Source: Saprolegnia diclina VS20 (Eukaryota). From it: a stretch of DNA of 48,554 nucleotides. Positions 24,202 to 35,000 of the stretch are shown here, piece after piece. Each line of letters begins with the position of its first letter. Position 1 is the stretch's first letter. Both the position numbers and the translations under genes were made by a program. Under the pieces are notes generated by a model. The model was not told the origin of the DNA. It ran no database searches and was given only the letters and a program-made list of their open reading frames with translations. The stretch covers positions 82,696-131,249 of the forward strand of contig NW_008246121.1 in NCBI RefSeq assembly GCF_000281045.1, read 5' to 3'.

Positions 24202-25989
24202 CTACATGCGCTGCTCGTGCTGCGCGTCGTGCTGGTGCGCGAGGAGCTCGAGCTTGTTAAAGTACTGCTGGACCGCGTCCGCGACCTGCCGGCCTTCGTG
24301 AATCGCCCACACGACCAGCGACTGGCCTCGGCGGCAGTCGCCGGCCGCAAACACACCTAGCACCGGATCAGATACGATGATTCGTTGACGACACGAGTGG
24401 GATCCGAAAGCACCTGGCATCGATGTGGCAAAGTTGCCGTCCGTGGCAATGTTCTTGCGGCCGTCGATCGCGAGGTCCAAAGTTGAGGGTAGCGCCTGGT
24501 CCGGGTGCATAAACCCCATGGCGAGGATCGCCAAGTCACACGGCAGCTCCTCTTCGGTGCCTGGCACCACGTCGAAGCCCCCGGACGCGTTGCGCGCCGC
24601 CATGGCCGTCACCACGTGCGTCACTTGACCGGACGCGTTGCCGCGGAAGCGCAGCGTCGTCCGGCTGTAGGCGCGCGGGTCAGTTCCAAACACCTCTGCG
24701 GCTTCTTCGTGGCCATAGTCGGCGTGGTACACCCGCGGGTACTGCGGCCACGGGTTCGAGGGCGCCCGCGTCGCCGGCGGCTTGGGGTTGTGCTCGAGGT
24801 TCGTGATGCTCTTGCACTGCTGGCGCAGCGACGTGGCGACTAGTCAACCGTAAATCAAGTTGGGAGGGCGACGACGTACTGCAGTCGGTGCCAGTATCGC
24901 CACCGCCAATCACGACAACGTGCTTGCCTTCGGCGCTAATGTAGTCCTTGTGCCACTTGCTCTTGAGCGTGCCCTCCTTTGTTGCGAGGAGCCGCTTCTG
25001 GTTGCGCGTCAGAAATTCCATCGCAAAGTGAATCTAAGCCGCCATTAGAGTTGGTCGTTGAGAACAGGTCGTACGCCGCCCAAGTTGGCGCCTTCGACCG
25101 TGAGGAACCGCGGGACCGTCGAGCCCGTCGCGAGGACCACCGCGTCCATCTACTCGTAATATAGATACCGCGTATGCTAGGATGGACATACATCGTCCAT
25201 GAGACTTTGAATATTTTCGCCGACGTGGACGCTCGTGCGAAACTCAATGCCTTCTTTCGCGAGCATGTCGACGCGGCGCTCAACGTCCGACTTGTCGAGC
25301 TACCATGACGTTTGAGTTTTGAGCTTGGGCGAGAGAGATGACAGTACCTTCATGTTGGGGATGCCATACATGAGGAGACCGCCGATGCGGTCGGCCTTCT
25401 CAAAGACGACCACCGAGTGGCCGAGCTGGTTGAGCTGGTCGGCGGCGGCAAGGCCTGCGGGGCCCGAGCCCACGACGCCGACCTTGAGCCCCGAGCGCTG
25501 CGCCGGAATGCGCGGGACAATCCAGCCTTCGTCCCATGCCCGCGCGACGATCGCGTGCTCGACGTTCTTGATCGTGACGGGGTTGTCGATGACACCGAGG
25601 ACACACGCGCCTTCGCACGGCGCTGGGCAGACGCGACCCGTAAACTCGGGAAAGTTGTTGGTTGCGCTGAGCCGCGTGTATGCTTCGCGCCACTCGTCGC
25701 GGACAACCAAGGCATTCCACTCAGGAATCAAGTTGGCGACCGGGCAGCCCGAGAGCGACCGCGACTGGCAGAACGGCGTACCGCAGTCCATGCAGCGCGA
25801 CGCTTGGTTCGTGCGCTCGGTCGGATCGCGGTCGTGGGTGTAGATCTCGTTCCAGTCGTGGACGCGGGCCTTCGCCGGGCGGTAGGCGTCGGGCGACCGG
25901 GTGATGTCGATGAATGGCTTGGCGCTCAGAGCGCGCGCCGAGAGCCGCGTCAGCACGCGCTTGGTCGTGGCAGTCACTGGGCGCAGCAT
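24202..25989 (-). CDS. gltD: Glutamate synthase small (beta) subunit, NADH-type, with probable mitochondrial presequence; multi-exon
   Basis: CMDCGTPFC...GCP and [13 protein letters not shown] (two 4Fe-4S), [15 protein letters not shown] (FAD), [20 protein letters not shown]...DYGHEE and [23 protein letters not shown]. The N-terminus [23 protein letters not shown] is basic with no acidic residues. Alternative in-frame ATGs exist at 26025 and 26070. Confidence 0.93.
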
Positions 25990-26351
25990 GGCGAATCGGT
26001 CAATGCTGGTCTCGATCTTGGCCATGTTGCTCTTCTGGTCAACCGCAGCCGTACATGCCGTACATTCCATGTACGGCGTGTACGATCTTTGGCACGTTCG
26101 AATTGAATTGACTTGGTTTTTGTATTACGTTGAAGGCAATCGAGATAAAAAGACGTACATCGAAGTTGCGTGTTGACGAAACGCAGGAATCGGATTGGCC
26201 AAACCATAAACACGCCTTCTGATTGGCGGATCGGCGGAAAGATACGCTGTTCCGAAGTCGCGTGCCAATAACGTTCTTCGTTCTTGTGGTCGGCGGCGGA
26301 TCTCTACGCCCGCGCATCAACAGCCAAGTCAAGATCACCTCATTTTCCAAG
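25990..26351. promoter_or_regulatory. Bidirectional promoter shared by the GOGAT beta and alpha genes
   Basis: 362 bp between divergent ATGs. It holds reverse CCAAT boxes (GATTGGC at ~26193 and ~26221), an INR-like CCTCATTTTCC at ~26338, and a 16-bp inverted repeat at 26050-26084. Confidence 0.6.
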
Positions 26352-29300
26352 ATGCTCCGTTGGTCTCATGGCCGCGCGCTTCTGCGCAAGCCGCCCATGA
26401 CCTGGACGCGCCCCAACTCGTACTCGCACTTCCGCCAGCCGGCGACGACCGCCAATTCGCTCTACGCCAAGCACCTCGAGAAGGACTCGTGCGGCGTCGG
26501 CCTCCTCGCCCACCTCAAGAAGCAGCCGTCGCGCAAGGTTGTCGTCGAAGCCAACGACATGCTTGTGCGCATGAGCCATCGCGGCGGCTGCGGCTGTGAT
26601 CCCGCCTCCGGCGACGGCGCTGGCATGCTTGTTGGGATGCCGCACTCGTTCATGGGCCGCGTCGCCCGCGAAGGCCAGTTTGGTGCACCGCTCACGCAGC
26701 CGCTCACGCCCGAGCGCTACGCGGTCGGCAACATCTTCTTCCGCAAGGACCGCGACATCTCGAGCAGCAAGGCGCAGTTTGACGCGCTCGCGGAAGAACT
26801 CAACTTGGCGTCCTTGGGCTGGCGCGTCGTGCCGACGGTCAACGATGCGCTCGGCGCGACGTCCAAGGCGTCCGAGCCGCACATTGAGCAAGTGCTCGTC
26901 GTCCCGCCCGAGTCCATGTCAACGTCGGACTTTGAGAAGGAGCTGCTCCGGTACCGTGTGGTACGCCCACCAGATGGAAGCTGATCTGGGTATTGATCTA
27001 GATTGCGTGTCGTGGGCACGGCTCGGAACGACGCCAGCGAGATGTATGTGTGCTCGCTCTCCAACCAAACGATCACGTACAAGGGCCAGCTCACGCCGTC
27101 CCAGCTCCTCCCGTACTACAAGGACCTCCAGGTATGTCCTTTTTTTCAAATTTTGGAAAACCCGAAAATTCCGAAAATTCTGAAAATTCGAACTGCTAGA
27201 CGGACGACTTTGCGTCGCACGTCGCGATGGTGCACTCGCGCTTCAGCACCAACACGTTCCCGTCCTGGGACCGCGCGCAGCCCAACCGCGTCATGTGCCA
27301 CAACGGCGAAATCAACACGCTCCGCGGCAACAAGAACTGGATGTTTGCCCGCGGCTCCAAGGCCCACAACAAGTACTTTGGCCAAGCGACCGCGTCGCTC
27401 TTGCCCGTCTGCTCGGACGGCATGAGCGACTCGGGCAACTTTGACTCGGCGCTCGAACTGCTCTCGAAGGCCAGCTCGTGCGATCGCACGCTGCCGGAAA
27501 CCATGATGATGATGATCCCGGAGGCGTGGCAGAACAACCCGCACCTCTCACCCGAGAAGCGCGCCATGTACCAGTACAACGCCTGCCTCATGGAGCCGTG
27601 GGACGGCCCGGCCATGATTGCTTTCTGCGACGGTATACCCTCTATTGTCGTACGTGTCGACGCTTGACAATAATGACGCAGGCAAGTCGGTCGGTGCGTC
27701 GCTCGACCGGAATGGTCTCCGTCCGTCGCGCTATTATGTGACCAAAGACGGCCACGTGGCGCTCTCGAGCGAAGTCGGTGTTCTCGAAGACTTGGCCGAA
27801 GCCGACGTGGTCTCCAAGCACCGGCTTGAGCCCGGCAAGATGTTTTACGTCGACTTTGACCAAGGCCGCATCGTCTCGGACGAAGAGGTATGTACCTATT
27901 TACTGGTACAGGGATCGAGCCTCGGTTCGTAGATCAAAAAACAAGTGGCGACGAGCCGGCCGTTTGGCGAGTGGGTCCAGAAAAACATGGTGTCGCTGCA
28001 GTCGCTGCCCGTGCCGTCGCCGGCGGCGCCCATGCGCGTCTCCAAGGACGCTCTTCGGCGCCTGACCATGTTTGGGTACGTCCTTGGGCGTAAATCTGTG
28101 ATGACTGAAGGCAACTGTAGCTTTACAACCGAGACGATGGACATGCTTCTCATGCCCATGGGGCTCAACCACAAGGAACCGCTCGGTTCGATGGGCAACG
28201 ACGCGCCGCTCGCCGTGCTCTCGGAGCTCCCGAAGGCGCCGGCCGAGTACTTCAAACAGCTCTTTGCCCAAGTGACCAACCCGCCGATTGACCCGATCCG
28301 CGAAGAGCTCGTCATGAGTCTCCAGTGCCCCGTCGGACCGGAAGAAAATATTTTGGACGCGACGCCCCAACACGCGTCACGGTACTCAGCCCGTTTTGGT
28401 CGCAGCGTCTTGATACAATCTTGATACTAGCCTCATTGTCGAGCACCCGGTGCTGACGCTGGACGACGTGCACAAGCTCAAGACGACAACGCACCCGAAA
28501 TGGGCGGCCACGACGCTCGATGCGACCTTTGCCGTCAACAGCGGCCCGCGCGGCCTCGCCGACGCCCTCGACCGGCTCTGCGAAGACGCGACGACCGCTG
28601 TACATTCCTCGTCTTGTCTTCTCCATCATATGATATATGTTCTTCTTAGGTGGCGCAGGGCAAGTCGGCGCTCCTCTTTTCCGATGTTCGCGCGGGCGAC
28701 GGGCGGCTTCCGATTCCGTCGCTCCTCGTCGTCGGTGCTGTGCACCAGCACCTCTTGCAGACGCAGCAGCGCACGTCAGTGGCGCTCTTTGTCGAGGCCG
28801 GCGATGCCAAGGAAGTCCACGACTTTGCGACGCTCCTCGGGTACCCACTCGATACCTTGATAGTTTGACTGACGCCACTCGTAGCTTTGGCGCCGATGCC
28901 GTGTGCCCCCACATGGCGTACGAGGCCCTCGCCCACATGAAGGACGAAGGTTTGCTCAAGGCGTATGCCAAGCGCGACGTACGACCTTGACGACTTTTCG
29001 GGAAATCTCACGAAATATACGCTTAGCTGTCGAACGAAGAGCTCCAGCTCAATTACCAAACCGCGATCGGGAAGGGCTTGCTCAAGGTCATGTCCAAGAT
29101 GGGAATCTCGACGCTCCAGTCGTACAAGGGCGCCCAGGTGTTTGAGGCCGTCGGTCTCGGGCCGGACGTGATCAACCGGTGCTTCAAGGGCACGACGTCG
29201 CGCCTCCAAGGTCGGCTTTTCCCACGCGATCGAGTGTACGACGACGCATCTGTAGGCAGCGACCTCGCGATTCTCTACGACGATGTGGCCAAACTCCACG

Positions 29301-30606
29301 CGCTTGCGTATGCCCAAACCGCGCACAGTCTCCGCAACCCGGGGCAGTACCACGCGCGCGAAGGCGGCGAAGTGCACTTCAACTCGCCCGCGTCGATCGT
29401 CGCGCTGCAGATGGCCGCGCGGGAAAACTCACGCGAGGCGTACAACACGTACCGCGACGCCACTGTCGCCGCTGCCCGGTGCGTCCACCTCGTATAGGCT
29501 CCAATACCAAGGCGGTTTGTGTAGCAAGGTGACGCTGCGTGGGCTCTTGGACTTCAGCACGGTGCCGGCCGACGAAATGCCGTCGCTGGCCGAGATGGAG
29601 CCCGTCTCGGAAATTGTCAAGCGCTTCAACACGGGTACGACATTATTAGTATCAATGTATCGACGGGACCAATCATGAAATGTAGGCGCCATGTCGCTTG
29701 GCTCGATCTCGCAAGAGACTCACGAGGCGCTGGCCGAGGCCATGAACCGACTCGGTGGGCGCTCCAACACGGGTGAAGGCGGCGAGGACCCGCGCCGGTA
29801 TGCTCCCGAGGTACACATATATATGCAGGGACAAGTTGTCTCAACATGTTTGCAGAATGGCAAGCCCAACAAGAAGCGGTCGGCGATCAAGCAGGTCGCC
29901 AGCGGCCGCTTTGGCGTCACGATGGACTACCTCACGAATGCGGACCAGCTCCAGATCAAGATGGCTCAGGGCGCCAAGCCTGGCGAGGGCGGCGAACTTC
30001 CGGGTCATAAGGTCTCGGACTACATTGCAGCGCGCCGTCACACGACGCCGGGCGTCGGCCTCATCTCGCCGCCGGTACATGACTCAGTGTACGATCTCAT
30101 TTGTCTGATATGTGCATCTAGCCGCACCACGACATTTACTCGATTGAAGACTTGGCGCAGCTCATCCACGACCTCAAGAACGCCAACCCCGTGGCCGAGA
30201 TCAGCGTCAAGCTCGTGTCCGAAGTCGGCGTCGGCGTCGTTGCCGCCGGTGTTGCCAAGGCCAAGGCCGAGCACATCACCATCAGTGGTCACGACGGTAC
30301 GCCTTCGAGACTGCAATCCGGAGCTGAGGATCCGTTCTAGGTGGCACGGGTGCGTCGTCCTGGACCGGCGTCAAGCACGGAGGTCTTCCATGGGAGCTCG
30401 GTCTCGCGGAAGCCCAGCAAACGCTCGTCCTCAACAACCTCCGGTACCAACCCACGTACCTTGGCATAGCGCTCATGCTCAATCTTGGCAGGTCCCGCGT
30501 CAAGCTGCAGACGGACGGACAGCTCAAGACGGGCCGGGACGTGGTGATTGCGGCGCTCCTTGGCGCGGAAGAGTTTGGCTTTGCGACCGCCCCGCTCATC
30601 GCGCTC

Positions 30607-30641
<35 letters not shown>

Positions 30642-32012
30642 GTGCCCCGTCGGTGTCGCGACGCAGGACCCGGAGCTGCGCAAAAAGTTTGCCGGTACCC
30701 CGGAGCACGTGGTCAACTTTCTCTGGCTCCTCGCCGAAGAAGTGCAAGAGATTGTGCGGTCGCTCGGCGCCACGTCCCTTGACGAGCTCGTCGGCCGCGC
30801 CGACTTGCTGCACGTCGACCCCACGGCGCTCCACGACAAGACGTACAACCAGACACTGCTATTTATCTGTGTGTCGCTCACGCTTGATGTTGATTAGCGC
30901 GCTCCTGGACTTTGGCCCGCTCCTCGTCAACGCACAGACGCTCAACCCGGACAGCGCCGTGCGCTACAACCCCGCCCACCAGCAAGACCACGGGTACGCT
31001 TTGCATTTCTAGCTCTGGGATTCACAAATTGCATTCTAGTCTGGACCAGATCCTCGACCAAAAGTTGTTGGCGGCGTGCGAGAACGCCATTCAAGATGGC
31101 ACGCCCGTCCAAGTGCACCTTCCGATCTCGAACGTCAACCGCACGGTGGGCACGCTCCTCTCCCACACCATCACGTCCAAGTACGGCGCTGACGGTATGC
31201 TTTTTCTTTTTCTGCATTTATTTCAATTTATCGGGATTAGGGTTGCCAAGTGGCACGATCGCACTGCACTTGACGGGCCACGCCGGTCAGTCGCTCGGCT
31301 TTGGCTTGTGCCCCGGTGTCCTCTTGCACGTGCATGGCGACGCCAACGACTATGTCGGCAAGGCGCTCAGCGGCGGTACCATCGTCGTCGCCCCGTCTGA
31401 GACTGCGCTTCGTACGTTTGCACATATGTCGGCCACCGAAATGGACACTTTGTCTTGTCTAGATGGTCAGACGATTGCTGGCAACGCCGTGCTCTATGGG
31501 GGCACGAGCGGCGCGGCCTTCTTCGCCGGCAAGGCGGGCGAGCGCTTCGCCGTGCGCAACTCTGGTGTCGATGCGGTCGTCGAAGGCGTCGGGTACATGC
31601 TCACGTTGTCTCTTCCCATGGCTCATTCAGTTGCAGGGACCACGGCTGCGAGTACATGACGGGCGGCCACGTGGTCGTGCTGGGCCCCACGGGGCGCAAC
31701 TTTGGCGCCGGCATGTCGGGCGGAATTGCTTACGTCTATGACCCGACGGCGGCGCTTGCGCCCAAGTGCAACCTCGCCATGATCGACCTCGAGCCGCTCG
31801 ACATGCTCGACGACGACCGCGTGCACGACCTCCTCACGCAGCATCTGGCGCACACGGGGTCGCCCATGGCGCGACGCGTCCTCGACGACTGGTCGAACGC
31901 CAAGCACGCGTTCATCAAGGTGATGCCCGAAGACTACAAGGCCGTCCTTGCGGCGGCGCCGGTCCTCGCGTCCACGGCTACCTCGACGTCGCCGCAGAAG
32001 CTGCAGCTCTAG
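26352..32012 (+). CDS. gltB: Glutamate synthase large (alpha) subunit with probable mitochondrial presequence; ~20 introns
   Basis: EKDS|CGVG (N-terminal nucleophile Cys47 at 26490), [87 protein letters not shown] (3Fe-4S) and the GXGXG domain ([21 protein letters not shown]). It stops at 32012 with no fused beta domain. Confidence 0.95.
27162..27188. repeat. 9-bp tandem repeat (CYGAAAATT)x3 inside an AT-rich intron (27132-27199)
   Basis: ccgaaaatt ccgaaaatt ctgaaaatt read directly from the sequence. Confidence 0.7.
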
Positions 32013-32082
32013 GCTAGTAATATATATATATACATTTCTGTGTCCCCTCTAACCGATAGTCTATTTCCGACTCGTTGTCGGC

Positions 32083-35000
32083 ATGGCCTCGGTCCGGCCC
32101 GCGAGTCTCGGCGACTTGGTCGCGGTGCTCCACGCCAAGCGCCGCGCGCGGCCGTCGCACCCTCTGCGCCGGTGGATCTACTGCATCGCAACGTCGCCGT
32201 GGTTTGACCGCGTCAGCGTCGTCGTCGTGCTCACGAATACCGTCGTCCTTGGCCTCGTCGACTACTCGAGTCCGTGGGCGACCGGCCCCAACATGCTGCT
32301 GCCGACCAACATCTTGATCGAGCGCGTCAACAACATTTCGCTCGTGCTCTTCGTGCTCGAAGCGCTCGTCAAAGCGGTCGCGTTTGGCGTCTTCGAGTAC
32401 CTCGGCGACCATTGGAACAAGCTCGATCTGATCGTCATCATCTCCGGGTACACGCACGTGTGCGGTCATTTGCCTCACATCCTCGTAGCATCGTGGCGTG
32501 GGCCTCCGGCGGCCGCAGCGCCGTGGGTCAGCTGCGCATCCTGCGCGTGCTCCGCCCGCTGCGCACGCTGCGTGCATTTCCAGGTTGACTAGCGATCATT
32601 CGGTCGTCCGTGACGCAGTTTAGGCCTGCGCATCCTCGTCAATGGTGTGCTCGCGAGCTTGCCGCCGCTTCTCAACGCCGGGATGCTCCTCGGCTTTAGC
32701 TACCTCACGCTCGCGATCCTCGGCATGGAGCTCTGGCAGGACAAGTACCACGGCCGGTGTCGACTCACGCCGCATCCGGTGCGACTCAACTTTGACCCGA
32801 CGCACTTTGCCAACGGCGCGTACCCGAACGCGTCGTACTTGGTGGCGGTCACGGCCGACCCGGTGACGTTCAAGTGCAATAACCTCTCCAACAGCGACGT
32901 GTGGCGGACTCCAGTGGCGTGCTTTTGGCCACTGGACCCGACCGACACGCTCGGCCAGTACTGCGGCAGCCGCGCCTGCCCGACACCCAACACGACCTGC
33001 GGCTCCAACTATGACCGGCTCGGCAATCCACGCTTTTTGAATTTCTACGCGGGCGGCGCGCTCGTGTTTGATTTGATGGGCGAGCCGGACTTTACGGCCA
33101 ACCTCAACTTTGGCGTCACGTCCTTTGACAACATTGGGAGTGCGCTCGTCGTCGTGCTGCAGATCGTGACGGCGTCCGGCTGGATGGTGCTCACGCAAAA
33201 TGTACCTTCCCGTGACTTGTCCTTCTGGAGTGCTAACCTGCGGCTAGACCCAAGACGCGTATTCGTGGGTCGTCGCCGGCGTCTACTTCAACGCATTCCT
33301 CTTCATCGGCATGTGCTTCCTCCTCCAGCTCTTCATGGCGGTCCTCTACACCGAGTTTGAAAAGGCCAAGACGAACCAGGAGCGCCAGCTCTCGTCCCAT
33401 ACCCCAATTGCCCGCCCGACCAAGTACACTACTGATACCAGCCTCGTCGCAGGTGAAACATTGCGTGTTTTTAGAATGATGGACGCCGCGGCCATGCGGC
33501 GAGTCGAGGCGCCCCTCTCCGTGACAACGACGCCGTCGACGCGGGTCTGGTACCGCATTCGGTTCCACACGATGCGCTTCGTCGGCTCGCGGGCTTTCCA
33601 CCGCATTGGACTGGCGGTGACGACGCTCAACGTGACCGTGCTCTCGTGCAACGCGCACGGGATGTCGGCGACGACCCAATATTGGATTGAAACACTCAAC
33701 TTTGGGTGCCTTGTCTACTACATCGTCGAGACGCTCTTCAAGATGGTGGCAGCGGGCCCGTGGCGCTACTTGCGGTGCGGTGGCCTCTCTCTTTTCGATT
33801 GTGACCGAATCGGTTAGGGATGGGTTTAACCGGTTTGACTTTGTCACGATCGCCCTCGGCATCCTCGACACGGTGCAGAGCCCGCCCGAGATCGTCGACG
33901 GCAACCCGGGGCGCGTCTCGCCGTTCGCAGCGTTGCGTGCGCTCCGCGCCATCAAAATCGCCAAGTCGATCAAGCCACTGCACCACCTTTTGGTCGCGAT
34001 CACGGCCGCCTCAGGCGAGATTGGCAACTTCCTCGTGTTCCTCTTCCTCTTTATTTACATTTACGCGCTCATTGGCATCGAGCTCTTCGCGACGCGCCTC
34101 CAGTTCGACAGCAACAACCGCCCGCTGCCGTTCAACGGGTCGCACCCCATGTACCAGTCGCGCTCCAACTTTGACCGGATCGAGTGGGCGGTCTTTAGCG
34201 TCTTCCAAATCATGACGTACGACAACTGGCCCGCGGTACGACCCCATGCCTTTGTATCTACGAATCATTGTACGCATTAGGCCCTCTACAATGGATGGCT
34301 CGTCGCCGGCTGGCTTGGCGCCCTCTACTTTTGCTCGATCATCGTGCTCGGCGTGTGGGTCGTCATGAACGTCTTCTCGGCCATCCTCGTCGAGTCCGTC
34401 ATGGCCGGCACGAGCGCTCAAAAGACCGACGACGAGTCCGAGTCCGACGTCGACGACTTGGCAAACGACCTCGCCGTCCTGCACCGCGCCTACACGATGC
34501 GGGTGCGACCGCAACCCTTTATGGAGCTCATGTCATGCGCTAGAGCCGCTCCCTTCGTCGCGTCTTGCGCAAAGCGCTTCGCGCGATCAACTTGGAGCAA
34601 ATTGCGCCAGCGCCGTCCATCGTAGACGTGGCGGGACCGCCAACGGCCGCGGTCCACGTATCGCACGTGTCGTGGCCACGGTGCGCAGCGCGCCGCCTCG
34701 TCTCGCACCGGTTTTGGGACCGGAGCGTCACCCTCATCATCTTTGTCTCGTGCGTCTTGACAGCGCTCGACTCGCCGCTCCTCGACACGCACCAGGGCGT
34801 AGGCTACACGATCGAGAAGGCCAATATGGTGTTCGCCGTCGTCTTTGCTCTCGAAATGGTGTTGCATCTCGTCGCGCACGGCGTCTTTGCGTACATCCGG
34901 GACCCGTGGTCGGTCCTCGACGGCTTCATCGTGCTCGTGTCGCTCCTCTCGTGGGCACTGGGCTCGAGCGTCATCTCGAGCTTGCGCGCCTTGCGCTCGC

